A model generated the notes under the pieces. That model was not told the DNA's origin. It searched no databases and worked only from the letters and a program-made list of their open reading frames with translations. DNA of 63,164 nt, counting the filler, from Stramenopiles sp. TOSAG23-2 (taxonomy: Eukaryota): assembly GCA_900128395.1 (NCBI GenBank). It is 15 parts of 15 records of this genome, joined end to end, with 100 filler letters (N's around TTAATTAATTAA, not from the genome) between each part and the next. Parts side by side here need not be neighbours in the genome. Positions count along the whole stretch, not along the records: positions 21,166 to 25,291 come from LT650983.1; positions 25,392 to 29,508 come from LT650984.1; positions 29,609 to 33,719 come from LT650985.1; 12 more parts are not named here. One strand, written 5' to 3'. The translations under genes were made by a program, and so were the position numbers. Positions 21,487-32,009 of this stretch are shown piece after piece; within the stretch, counting starts at the first letter, position 1; each line of letters opens with the position of its first letter.

Positions 21487-24045
21487 ATGGCTAATTTAAC
21501 TCAACGTAGTGATGGAACAATAACAAATGTAAAAACAATTTTATTAACTGGACCATGTTCTTTAGATCCATTTTTACTTCCTTGCCGTGCAATTCGTTCT
21601 GCTGCATTTATTGAAATACATACAAAATCAGGAATTATTGGATGTGGAGAGACCTATGCCGGTTATTTTGTACCTGAAATTGTTCCAGATATTGTTGAAT
21701 ATCATAAAAAAATATTAATAAATCAAAATATATTGGAAACTGATATTAAAGAAATAAGAGAACGTATGGAATATTGTACAGGTTTCTGGACAAGGAATGG
21801 TATTGGCGCTGCTGTATTAGCAGGAATTGAAGCTGCTCTTTGGGATTTAAAAGGAAAATTGTTAAAAGTGCCAGTATATCAATTATTATTGAATGGGAAT
21901 AAATCGAAGCATGAAAAGTTATTATGTTATGCAACAGGTGGGCCATCAAATTATCCACCAAAACGATTAAAAGAAAAAATGGATCATTATATGAAATTAG
22001 GCTTTCGTGCGTTTAAAATTGGAGCTGGATATTTAGCGGATGAAATAACAACCGCTAATGATAATAATAATAATAATGATAGTAGCAATAATAATAATAA
22101 TAATAATGTTAACGATGATGGTGGGATTAATGTTGCAAGAAGCAAGTCTGCAATGACGCCTGATGAAATTGCAATTCAAGAAGAAGAAAAATGGCGTATG
22201 ATGAGGGAACATTGTGGCCCAGATATTAAAATTGCTATGGATGCACATATGGCAAATCGCCAGCCTGGATCTCTCCCTTGGACGACTGAAACGGCATTAA
22301 AAGTCTGTAAAGCAATTGAGAAATATGATCCATTTTTTCTGGAAGAAGCTTTACCATATGAAAATGTTGAAGGATATTCAAAATTAGTTCATCAGACAAC
22401 AGTTCCTATTGCTGGTGGAGAATGTTTAACAAGTGTACGTGAATTTCAAAATTTTGCAAAATTAAATGCTTTTAACATTTGTCAACCAGATGCTGCATTT
22501 ACAAATGGTTTATTAGGATGTCTCGAAGTATCACCAATGTTTGAAAAATTAGCATTTCATAGTTGGGGTGCTGGTGGTGGATTGATGCAAAATATACATG
22601 CTGGGTTTGCATGTTCAAATACTTGCGTAATGGAATTAGTACCAAATCCAGGGCCATTGCATACGGAAATCTATGGAGCAAATAGTGTTCTTTTTAAAGA
22701 TGGTTATCTATACCCACCAACATCCTACGGTTTAGGTTTAAATATAACGGAGGAGGTGAAAGAAAAATATAAATTTATACCAGGTAGTGGTGAATTTAAT
22801 GATGTACCAGGAAAAGTATTAGATGATTCAAAATTAAATGTTGAATGGAATGGAATGTTAAAATTTAAGAAAAATGGTATACCATATCTAGATAATGATG
22901 ATGATGATGGTAGTGAAAATAATGAAAATGAGTTAACAACAATAGCTACTAATGTGCATTCCAATATAATAAACGTTGTATTAATTGCACCTAGTGATTA
23001 TAAACTTGGTGTTTTAATGAAATCATCAAAGAGAATTAATGATATGATAAGGACGACAACAGGAAAAGAATGGGTTATTCATTATCCTAAAACACATGAA
23101 GAATTATATGAAAAATTGAAAATATCAGAAATATGTATTTGGGTATGGCCACCAGATGCATTGAAATGTGATGACATTACCTGGACAGATCATAGCGGTG
23201 CTGATAAAATCATTAATAAATGGAACGAGGTTGGGACAAATGTGAAATGGGTTCATATAACATCACACGGAATTGATCATGTTCCATATAAAAAATTCCC
23301 TGAACATGTAACTGTAACAAATTCAAAAGGTGCATTTGGTTTTCAAGTGGCTGAATTTGTTATTTGGGGTATGTTGCATTGGGCGAAAAAAGGCGAAGAA
23401 ATGAGGAAAGCTCAATCTGAAAATAAATGGCATTGTCCATTAATAAAAAGTTTACGAGGTAGTAATGTCGGTATCATTGGTTATGGATCAATTGGAAGAA
23501 ATGTTGCAAATATGAGTCATGCAATGGGTATGAATATATGTGTTTTAAGACGACAACGTAAAAAAAAGGACGATAACAATGATCACGACGATAGTCATAT
23601 TGAGATAGTATATGGTGAAAAAGGCCTTGAACAAATCATGATAGAATCTGATTATGTAGTAATAGCTGCACCATTAACTGCTGCGACAAACTCAATGATT
23701 GGTAAAGCACAACTTGATTTGATGAAACCAACAAGTATTATAATCAATGTTGGACGTGGTGAAATTATTGATGAAGATGCATTAATAAAGTGCTTAAATG
23801 AACGCAAAATATTAGGTGCCGTATTAGAAGTATTTTCACAAGAACCATTACCAAATGATTCACCATTTTATCAAATGGATAATGTAATCGTAGCTGCACA
23901 TTGTGCGGATAATACTGCTGATCAATTAAATTATAGCTTGGAAATATTGGAAAATAATTTAATCCATTATTGCAGAGATGTAGAACATGGTGGTGATGGA
24001 AGAAAAGATTTAATTAATGTTGTTGATCGTGTGGAAGGGTATTAG
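21487..24045 (+). CDS. Fusion: mandelate racemase/enolase-superfamily (acid-sugar dehydratase-like) domain + D-isomer-specific 2-hydroxyacid dehydrogenase
   Basis: N-domain: GCGE, IEAALWDLKGK, metal ligands AMDAH / LEEAL / GGEC, QPD, FHSW, YPPTSYGLG. Acidic linker DDDDGSENNENE. C-domain: GIDHV, VAEFV, GIIGYGSIG, INVGRG, EVFSQEP, AAHCA. Single 852-aa frame. Confidence 0.92.
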   Translation: MANLTQRSDGTITNVKTILLTGPCSLDPFLLPCRAIRSAAFIEIHTKSGIIGCGETYAGYFVPEIVPDIVEYHKKILINQNILETDIKEIRERMEYCTGFWTRNGIGAAVLAGIEAALWDLKGKLLKVPVYQLLLNGNKSKHEKLLCYATGGPSNYPPKRLKEKMDHYMKLGFRAFKIGAGYLADEITTANDNNNNNDSSNNNNNNNVNDDGGINVARSKSAMTPDEIAIQEEEKWRMMREHCGPDIKIAMDAHMANRQPGSLPWTTETALKVCKAIEKYDPFFLEEALPYENVEGYSKLVHQTTVPIAGGECLTSVREFQNFAKLNAFNICQPDAAFTNGLLGCLEVSPMFEKLAFHSWGAGGGLMQNIHAGFACSNTCVMELVPNPGPLHTEIYGANSVLFKDGYLYPPTSYGLGLNITEEVKEKYKFIPGSGEFNDVPGKVLDDSKLNVEWNGMLKFKKNGIPYLDNDDDDGSENNENELTTIATNVHSNIINVVLIAPSDYKLGVLMKSSKRINDMIRTTTGKEWVIHYPKTHEELYEKLKISEICIWVWPPDALKCDDITWTDHSGADKIINKWNEVGTNVKWVHITSHGIDHVPYKKFPEHVTVTNSKGAFGFQVAEFVIWGMLHWAKKGEEMRKAQSENKWHCPLIKSLRGSNVGIIGYGSIGRNVANMSHAMGMNICVLRRQRKKKDDNNDHDDSHIEIVYGEKGLEQIMIESDYVVIAAPLTAATNSMIGKAQLDLMKPTSIIINVGRGEIIDEDALIKCLNERKILGAVLEVFSQEPLPNDSPFYQMDNVIVAAHCADNTADQLNYSLEILENNLIHYCRDVEHGGDGRKDLINVVDRVEGY

Positions 24046-24554
24046 AGAGAGAGAAAGAGAGAGAGAGAGAGGTTACATATGTGTGTATATACACGGCTAC
24101 TTTTGGTAAAATTATATAAAGAAGTTACTGCGGTTTGGTCAAATTGTATTTTTTATACAAGTCGTAATTTTTTTATAAAAAATTAATTCTGATATGATCT
24201 GATATAGGATATTGATAAATAAAAATGGTGCCGTAAAAAAGTACGCTGGTATAAATACCATGGGTATTTTCCTGTAAATGGGGTACACGTTCGTATTTAT
24301 TGACACACATTAAATGCGAGATCACAGAGATAAAATTTCGTTCTAAATTTATGGCTCAGTCACTGAATGTTTTGGGAGATTAGTAGGAACTACTGTGTAT
24401 CTCAAAATGTGATTTCAAAGAGTTTTTTTTACGTACGAACGTACTTTTTTTAAAAGAGCCTCTCTGTAAAAAAATAATATTACGACGCGTACAAAGCACG
24501 AGCATAATTATAAAACCAAACTTTTTCCTGTTGCGGACATGGTGAAATTTAATC

Positions 24555-25286
24555 TTATGACAAGTTTTCAAGCGCATCAATTGCTAACTGAAATTCTTGT
24601 TCTGCTGCTTTTGTATACCATTCAACTGCTTTTTTGTCATCCTTTGTAACACCATTACCATTTTTATACATTACACCAAGACTACATTGACCACGTGCAT
24701 ATCCTTGTTCTGCTGATTTTGTAACCGATTCAAATGTTTTTTTGTAATCCTTTGTAACACCATAACCAATAGAATACATACGGCCCATTAAATATTGTGC
24801 CAAACAGTCATCTTTCTTAGTCTTAATATATTTGTTAATTATATTATATCCTTTTTTCTGATCTTTGATAAATTTACCAAGTCCATATAAGTGACAATAT
24901 CCTATTGCAAGCTCAAATCCACCATATGCTGATGCTTCCATCATAGTTTGGTATTTTAATGGTATGAACAATTTTGAATTTATAACTACTGCATGATTAT
25001 ATCCATCTTCAAATAATTTATGAGCACCAAGTGACAAATCAACTTCATCATTGAAAGTATTACTATTCGTTTTACGTCGTTTGGTTTTTCTTGATGATCC
25101 ATTAATGTTTGATAAATTTCTTTTTCCATTGCTATTATTACTACTACTATTATCACAGACAATATTATTATTATTATTCATTTCTGAAATGGAATCTTTA
25201 ATTAAATCTGCCAACATTTCAATTTGTTTTGCATTCGTATCTTTTGCTTTTTTAACACGTTTTAATTCCAACTCATCATTATTCAT
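24555..25286 (-). CDS. Sel1-like repeat protein, possibly 5' truncated by the contig edge
   Basis: AQYLMGRMYSIGYGVTKDYKK and GQCSLGVMYKNGNGVTKDDKKAVEWYTKAAEQ. Confidence 0.88.
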   Translation of the reverse strand: MNNDELELKRVKKAKDTNAKQIEMLADLIKDSISEMNNNNNIVCDNSSSNNSNGKRNLSNINGSSRKTKRRKTNSNTFNDEVDLSLGAHKLFEDGYNHAVVINSKLFIPLKYQTMMEASAYGGFELAIGYCHLYGLGKFIKDQKKGYNIINKYIKTKKDDCLAQYLMGRMYSIGYGVTKDYKKTFESVTKSAEQGYARGQCSLGVMYKNGNGVTKDDKKAVEWYTKAAEQEFQLAIDALENLS

Positions 25287-25391
25287 CTTATNNNNNNNNN
25301 NNNNNNNNNNNNNNNNNNNNNNNNNNNNNNNNNNNTTAATTAATTAANNNNNNNNNNNNNNNNNNNNNNNNNNNNNNNNNNNNNNNNNNNN

Positions 25392-25570
25392 AAAGTTTCA
25401 TTTGATAATACGTTCTTTAAATTTCTGTTCTCTGTATTATCTACTTGTATGATTTTTCCTATTGCTTCTGATGGTACTGGTTTTGGTAAATTTTTAATTG
25501 CTATATTTTGTGACAACACGACCGTAACGGATGATGCAATTAACAATAAACCTATTAATATTGCTTGCAT
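25392..25570 (-). CDS. N-terminal fragment of a secreted protein, cut by the contig edge
   Basis: Signal peptide MQAILIGLLLIASSVTVVLS-Q; the frame is open to the contig end. Confidence 0.6.
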
Positions 25571-25943
25571 CTTGTTGTTCTTACTGGGATAGACGGTTTG
25601 CTTTTTGTTTTTCTTATATATATATATGTATATCTCTGCCTATATATGTTTTATAGACGAGTATCATTCTCTTTGTTCTTGTGTATCATATTATTATTGA
25701 GTTGATCCCCTTTTTTGATGTGTTGTTGTTGAGGTTTTTTCCTTGATTTTGGTCCGGCCTTTTTTATATTTTGATGTTGGTGTGGTGCTATTGCCCTACA
25801 ATATAATATGCCTAATGCTGTGTGATGTAATTTGTGGAGATGAGTTTATTTTAATTTATTATATTTTAGAATTATATAGAGGCAACATAGATTTAGAATC
25901 ATATATATATTAAATTACTTTAATAGATATACAATCATATTCA

Positions 25944-26354
25944 TTATAACTCTTCTTTCTTTGTTGCTTCAGCTTCTTCTTGCAATAATTTCAATTCCAA
26001 CGCTTTTTTTTGCTTTTCCACTTGTTCAACAACATGAGTATGAAATTCTGGATGCATTAAACGTTTATTATGCAATATATCTAACAAATCTTTCTTGTTT
26101 TTTGTACCTTTGATCAATAAATCAATGCCAGGCTGATCAATTAAAAATCGTATTACCTTTTCATGTTCTTTTTCAAGATGTCCATGATGTAATTCAACAG
26201 CTGCCATCATAATTGCAGAATATCCAAATCGATGATCAACTTCATTTAAGTTTGCACCATTCTTGACCAATAATTTCACAAATTCCAACCGTCCTTGATG
26301 TGCTGCTGCGATCAATGGGGTACGGCCTTCCATAGTTTTCACGTTAAATAACAA
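25944..26354 (-). CDS. Ankyrin-repeat protein, C-terminal part, ending in KEEL; start not resolved
   Basis: GRTPLIAAAHQGRLEFVKLLVKNGANLN and GYSAIMMA. The KDEL-like end suggests ER retention, but I could not identify an upstream signal-peptide exon. Confidence 0.8.
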   Translation of the reverse strand: MLFNVKTMEGRTPLIAAAHQGRLEFVKLLVKNGANLNEVDHRFGYSAIMMAAVELHHGHLEKEHEKVIRFLIDQPGIDLLIKGTKNKKDLLDILHNKRLMHPEFHTHVVEQVEKQKKALELKLLQEEAEATKKEEL

Positions 26355-27130
26355 AAAAATTATACGAACCCAGGTGATCTCCTATACACCCCTTGTTCAT
26401 GGTGGCATTCGACATATAATATAATACCACCAGACATAGTCGAGACGGAAAAAGATGATGTTGTAATCAGTGTTGTTTTTTCCTTTACATCAATTGGTGC
26501 TACTTTATTGAAAACGGCGCCAGCGTTTTATCCGTTGATGATATTTTGCATTATTTATCTTATTCTTTCAGAAATTCCTTTTTATATATGGTTGTTATTT
26601 ATCATATTAATTAGTACGGGAAAACTATTACGGGGAAACTAGTACGGAAAACTGCAGTTCCATGTATAATGAAGTTATAACCGAATTAACAATTGATTCA
26701 GCTTGATGATACTAGTGAGAGTGCAGGGCACTGAAAACAGATTTATGATATAAATTATAAATATCTTTATTATTATATTATTTTGTATGTATTTTGGGCT
26801 TTGGGCTGTCAAGCAAATTTATAGAGACAGTGTCAACCAAATTCTGAGTTTCATTCGAGGGCCTTCGGCTGTCTTTTCTTTGCTATGTCTATGGTAAAGA
26901 TAAGACTACAAAAATTATACTTAACTTTCATAGACGAAATGGCCCGAGATGTTTCGAGACGAGAGCCTTTTTATTTTTATTTCTTCTGTCTGCCAGTCTG
27001 AATCATTAATCGAACCAAAAGAAAATGAAAATACATATCCACAGATAGAAAGAGAAAACAGATAGAAAGAGAAAACAGATGGAACATATACATATAGATA
27101 CAAATACATGTCAAAATATTAAAGCAAAGG

Positions 27131-28600
27131 ATGAAGTCTATCGTCAAACAATTTCTACCATATCGTTACCACCACCCACGTCGTTTATTTTCAACAAATG
27201 TAGTGACGGATGTAAAAAATGGTGATGAAAATAATAATACGTTTACATTACATCGTGATATGTTTGGACAATCAGGTACTGTCAATGTAATATTAGAACA
27301 TCCTGGCAACGATGATGATGATGATGACACTACTACAACGACGGCAATAAATTCTATATCAGAAGATACAACACCAACACATAATAACAATAAACAAAAT
27401 GAAGTGCTTGTGAATACTACTTGGACTGATGTTATAGATATTCAATTAAGTTCTTCGAATAATAACTTCAATTTTAATAATAATAATAATAATAATACTG
27501 ACCAACCACATGTCATATTCAAGGAAACTGGCTCAAGTGATGCTAATTCATCACAATTAGATATTCATATTCACGGTTTTCCAGAAGACGATTCGTTCAA
27601 ATTAGAAATTAATTTACCAGAACATTCGAATTTTTCATTTTTGAATACGATTGAAGATTTACATACAAATATCAAGGTGCCTAGGAAATTGGAAGGCGAT
27701 GTGACGCTTGAAACATCAAAAGGCGATATTGAAATAAATAAATTACGTGGAGAAAATATACATGTGGAAACAGAAGATGGAGAACTTTCCGTATCTTCTG
27801 TAATTGAAGGCTCGCAATTTTTAATGGGAAATAACGTTAAAGCCAAACGATTAATGGGTAAAAATGTATATGTTGAAACCTGTTATGATCCATATTATAT
27901 GGACAATAATACAGCAACATCTGTTCCAGAAAATCTAACTAAAGGTAATATCGATATTGATGCGTTGTATGGTGGGTCATACCATTTAATGGGAAGTTAT
28001 TTTGGCAATATTAATGTTGGTACGGTGCAAGGTGCTATGAAAATTATTTCATACAATAATGTTAACGTAAGGGGAGTGGATGGTAATATAGAAGTAACGA
28101 CTAGTGGTGAAGTAAATGTTCATTTTGATCATGTTGGCGAACATCAAATTTCCAGTATATATTGTGATCCATGGAACGATTTAAGTACTATTAATGTATC
28201 TGTAGAAGACACGGCTGAAGCTGATGTTATCATTGCAAATAACTCGACATTTGATATACCTCTTGATCGTATAACTGTAAATGAAGAATCAAAAGCTGCT
28301 GATGAAAATGATCATGATAATAAAGTAGAAACTTATTTAAACTATTTTGAAGGTACACTATTACCAAGTAATGATACTTTGGATGGGAATAGTAGTGGCA
28401 ATCAATTTGAATCAGGTAAAATTCGTACATTAAAAGATTCTGGTTGGGATGAAGAAGATATTGGTAATGCAAGTGATGATGAATCGAAAGAGAAAAAAAA
28501 ACCACGAGCTCGTATATTTATGATTGGTGGTGAAAGCACCACATTTAAAATTGAATCGTGGATGGATAAAATTAAAAAAAAATACGATATGATGGAATAG
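27131..28600 (+). CDS. DUF4097/FAM185A-like beta-repeat protein with predicted mitochondrial presequence
   Basis: N-terminus MKSIVKQFLPYRYHHPRRLFST. Repeats KLEGDVTLETSKGDIEINKLRGENIHVETEDGEL and GVDGNIEVTTSGEVNV resemble DUF4097 adhesin-like repeats. Confidence 0.65.
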   Translation: MKSIVKQFLPYRYHHPRRLFSTNVVTDVKNGDENNNTFTLHRDMFGQSGTVNVILEHPGNDDDDDDTTTTTAINSISEDTTPTHNNNKQNEVLVNTTWTDVIDIQLSSSNNNFNFNNNNNNNTDQPHVIFKETGSSDANSSQLDIHIHGFPEDDSFKLEINLPEHSNFSFLNTIEDLHTNIKVPRKLEGDVTLETSKGDIEINKLRGENIHVETEDGELSVSSVIEGSQFLMGNNVKAKRLMGKNVYVETCYDPYYMDNNTATSVPENLTKGNIDIDALYGGSYHLMGSYFGNINVGTVQGAMKIISYNNVNVRGVDGNIEVTTSGEVNVHFDHVGEHQISSIYCDPWNDLSTINVSVEDTAEADVIIANNSTFDIPLDRITVNEESKAADENDHDNKVETYLNYFEGTLLPSNDTLDGNSSGNQFESGKIRTLKDSGWDEEDIGNASDDESKEKKKPRARIFMIGGESTTFKIESWMDKIKKKYDMME

Positions 28601-28802
28601 GTAAGAAGGAACATGGGTGTAATATTAATAATGAAGAAGGAGATGTGTTGTGTGTTTTTAAAAAATACTTGTGTAGAATGGTGGTTGTAATTTTTAATTT
28701 TTTTTATCATAAAAAAAACTTTTTTATAAAAAATACTTTACCATTTTTTTCACTCGCGTTCGATAAACATTTAAAACCTGCTATATTATTAAAATATATA
28801 TA

Positions 28803-29318
28803 TTACACATCCGTGCATTCATTCGTTTGATTGTTCCATTGCCTTTTAACTCCTTTCAGTGATGGAAAAATCTCAACTTGTTTGTAAGATGGACAAGTTG
28901 AGCAATCACCACTTGCGCAACAACTATTACCATCTAATGTACAAGTCGATTTAATTTTTGGTGAATTACAACATGGATTTTCCGTCGGTTTTCCACTTGT
29001 TCTATTTACTTGGCATAAAAGACCAGATCCTAAAGGTCCAGGAGAATAACATAAACTTTCTCCGCCTGGAAAATTCCACGTCGATGCGGTACATACAATA
29101 CAACCTGATGAAAAACATTGGCCAGTGCAATATTTTTCACATGGACAATTAACTGTTTCTGTTGATTTCATGAAATCAGAAGCACCTAATAATTTACTAG
29201 CAAATAATAATCGCTCTTCTAAATTTTTAATGACGTCTGTATTATCCGCATGTGTGAATTGGAAATGCGATATTATTATTATTAAAATGATGGGTAGGAA
29301 TGGTAGATAACGTTGCAT
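28803..29318 (-). CDS. Small secreted cysteine-rich protein (16 Cys), function unknown
   Basis: Signal peptide MQRYLPFLPIILIIIISHFQFTHA, then CPCEKYCTGQC...CC...CC...C. Confidence 0.8.
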   Translation of the reverse strand: MQRYLPFLPIILIIIISHFQFTHADNTDVIKNLEERLLFASKLLGASDFMKSTETVNCPCEKYCTGQCFSSGCIVCTASTWNFPGGESLCYSPGPLGSGLLCQVNRTSGKPTENPCCNSPKIKSTCTLDGNSCCASGDCSTCPSYKQVEIFPSLKGVKRQWNNQTNECTDV

Positions 29319-30257
29319 CTTGTTGGTTATTTATATATTCTTTACTTGTTATTGATTATTGACAACGACGATGGTGATGAAATTCCTTGTTCCTTTTTTG
29401 TACAAACTATTATATCCAATATACTATTATTTTTTTGTTTACTTGTTGTTATATTGATGATGACGGTGATGTGATTCTGTTTTCTACAAAAGCCTTCGGG
29501 CAATTTTGNNNNNNNNNNNNNNNNNNNNNNNNNNNNNNNNNNNNNNNNNNNNTTAATTAATTAANNNNNNNNNNNNNNNNNNNNNNNNNNNNNNNNNNNN
29601 NNNNNNNNTTTGAAGACGAAATGCAAATTTTATATATCTGATGAAATTTCTCAATTTTCGTACCCACTTTGGCGGAACTTTTAAAAATGAAAATAAAATT
29701 GGCAAAAATATTTGTGTTTGAGGTGTTATAGAAATGTAGTATAACTTTCGTAGTCTAATTTGCATAATTTTGTTAGAGTACTTAAAACTATAGTATGGAG
29801 ATTTTTTGCTAATTGATATTGTTTAGAAAATGGCCCTATCAATTTTTTTTGTATTAGTGCTGTGTTTATGGTAGATGTAAGCATAGGCACAGGCCTTAGA
29901 ACATTTTTACAATTGATTTCAATATACAAGTATAGCAGATTTGTAGTGTTTGATGTATTTGATAGACAAGGGAATTTTTCACCTCAATGTTATCTTCATG
30001 CTATCTGGCTAGAGCTAGTTTGCCAGTTTGCAAGGCGGGCAGGAAATCCAGCACTTTCCCATAAAAAACCTGTAGGTACGAAGTATTTGAAATGATGTTT
30101 AATCTTTATTATGATGAAATGGGTATGTTACTGAATGTTTTTTGACAAAAAGAATTAAAAAAAAAAGCAAAAAAAATATTTTTTATAAAACCGGGTATAT
30201 TTTAAAAGCTTTATAAAAATATCTTTAATTTGTCACAATTTATATATTTTTCATTTT

Positions 30258-31033
30258 TCAATATTGCTTCTGTTTTTTCTTCTTCTTCTTCTTCTTCTTT
30301 TTCTTTTTTCTACCCAATCCATCATCACCTTCCTCTTCCATGAGCTTTAAATCTACCATATACGACTTCATCAAAGTTAACAACGATATTTTTTTACCAG
30401 ATGTCAAATCATATCTTTTAGCAATATCAAATGCGTTTTCATTTGTTGACAATGTATTCCACAATGGATCCGCACCAACTCTTAACAACGTCAAGACTAT
30501 TTTAAAGCTTCCAGAAAGACATGCAATATGTAAAGCATTATTCCCATGTGTATTACAACATTTTAATAATTGCAACTTATTCCTCGTATCTTGAAATTCA
30601 GGCTCATTAATAATGCGTGTCAAATGTATTATGTCGTTGTCGCGCGTTGCTTTCCACCACCCCATTGCTTTTAATTTTTCGTTCAACGATGAAATTGTTA
30701 CGTTGATATTACTAACCTCTTCTGTCTTCTCAGACGCTTTCATACCCATTGCTAATGCAGCACTTTTATCATTTTGCACCTCTGGCACATTATTAGTATC
30801 AATCTTACACCTTTATCTATTGGCAATGATTTAGCTCCTGCGCTATTCCGAATGGTATTTTGCAACTTGTCCCATTCCTCCAGGTTTCTATACATGCTTT
30901 TCTTATAAACTCCATGAAAAAGTTTCGTTTGCTTTTTTGCAGGTAAGAATCTTTTATCATGTTCTTTAGCTAAATCATATACAGTGTACATTCTACAGTT
31001 TCGTTTCATTGGATCTCCATAATGCAGTATTTT
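30258..31033 (-). CDS. Ankyrin-repeat gene, 3' part, with an apparent frameshift near 30806 and a poly-Lys tail
   Basis: KILHYGDPMKRNCRMYTVYDLAK (ORF 30752-31120) and GNNALHIACLSGSFKIVLTLLRVGADP (ORF 30258-30788) join if one base is added near 30806, or if a 29-nt GTAAGA..AG intron is removed. Confidence 0.7.
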
Positions 31034-31277
31034 GAAAATATTGTTGGAACAAGAAAAAATAGATCCAAATGCATGTAATAAATATGGAAACCATGCGTTG
31101 AGTATAGCAACATATTTCAATCATGTAGAATGTGTTGGGTTACTTTTGGAACATCCACGCATTGATATTAATCAACCACATGCAGAAGGTGACACGGCAC
31201 TAAGCATTGCAAAAACAAAAGAATACAATGATATTTTAGAATTGTTCAATTATTATCATGAGACATTTGAGAAGTGA
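31032..31277 (+). CDS. Ankyrin-repeat gene, 3' fragment lacking a start
   Basis: KILLEQEKIDPNACNKYGNHALSIA...VGLLLEHPRIDINQPHAEGDTALSIA. Confidence 0.8.
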   Translation: MKILLEQEKIDPNACNKYGNHALSIATYFNHVECVGLLLEHPRIDINQPHAEGDTALSIAKTKEYNDILELFNYYHETFEK

Positions 31278-32009
31278 TTTGTCGCTTCTAGTAAAAATCT
31301 TAATCAAGTATAAAATAGAATAGCATAATAATGTACCTATCAACAATTTCAAAGCGGTAATGCCTGCTGTATCTATGCTAGCCAATACGCGGCGTAACAG
31401 ACTCTCGAAACATCGGACGACTGTTCCCGCCTTTCTTATACTTGTTAGTATGATAACAGCACTACTACCAAATATATTTATGTTTCGTTTCGAGAATAAC
31501 AGACTTTTTTGCTTTCTAGTCTTTTTTAGTTTTCTGTTAATTTTTTAAAAATCTCACTTTGCCAGAACTTACCATAGTAATAGCGTTAAAAGGCGTTCCA
31601 CGAAGATAAATTAAAAATATGGCTGTTATAAAAATAAAACGATCATATGCAATACTATTTATATAGTAAATTATATCAAATTTGATTTTCTTTAAAAACA
31701 ATTTAAAAAAAATTTACTATTGGTTTTAATGATGCTGAATGCCTACTATTATTAATAATTTGTTTAGCACTTTAACTTTACGTTAAGAAAAGAAACAACA
31801 GAATAGTAGTACGGCAATACCACTGTTTTCCCGTCTTTATTCAAAAAGTATAATATGTTTAACACTTTACCACCGATATACTGATATACTCACGAATACA
31901 TCTGATTACAAAAGTAAGAAGAGAAAAACAAAAAAAAAAATATACTTTTTTATTACATTGAGTAATCCATAATAATTATTAAACAAAATAAAAAAACAAT
32001 ACAGTAAAT

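Noticed and set aside
4248-24045. Aldolase, dehydratase fusion and peptidases as a metabolic gene cluster
   Set aside because: They sit on different contigs; adjacency in this window is artificial.
30782-30810. 29-nt micro-intron in the ankyrin gene as evidence of ultra-short introns
   Set aside because: A single missing A gives a natural reading (KGVKIDTNNVPEV), and the other introns here are 73 nt or longer. An indel is the simpler explanation.
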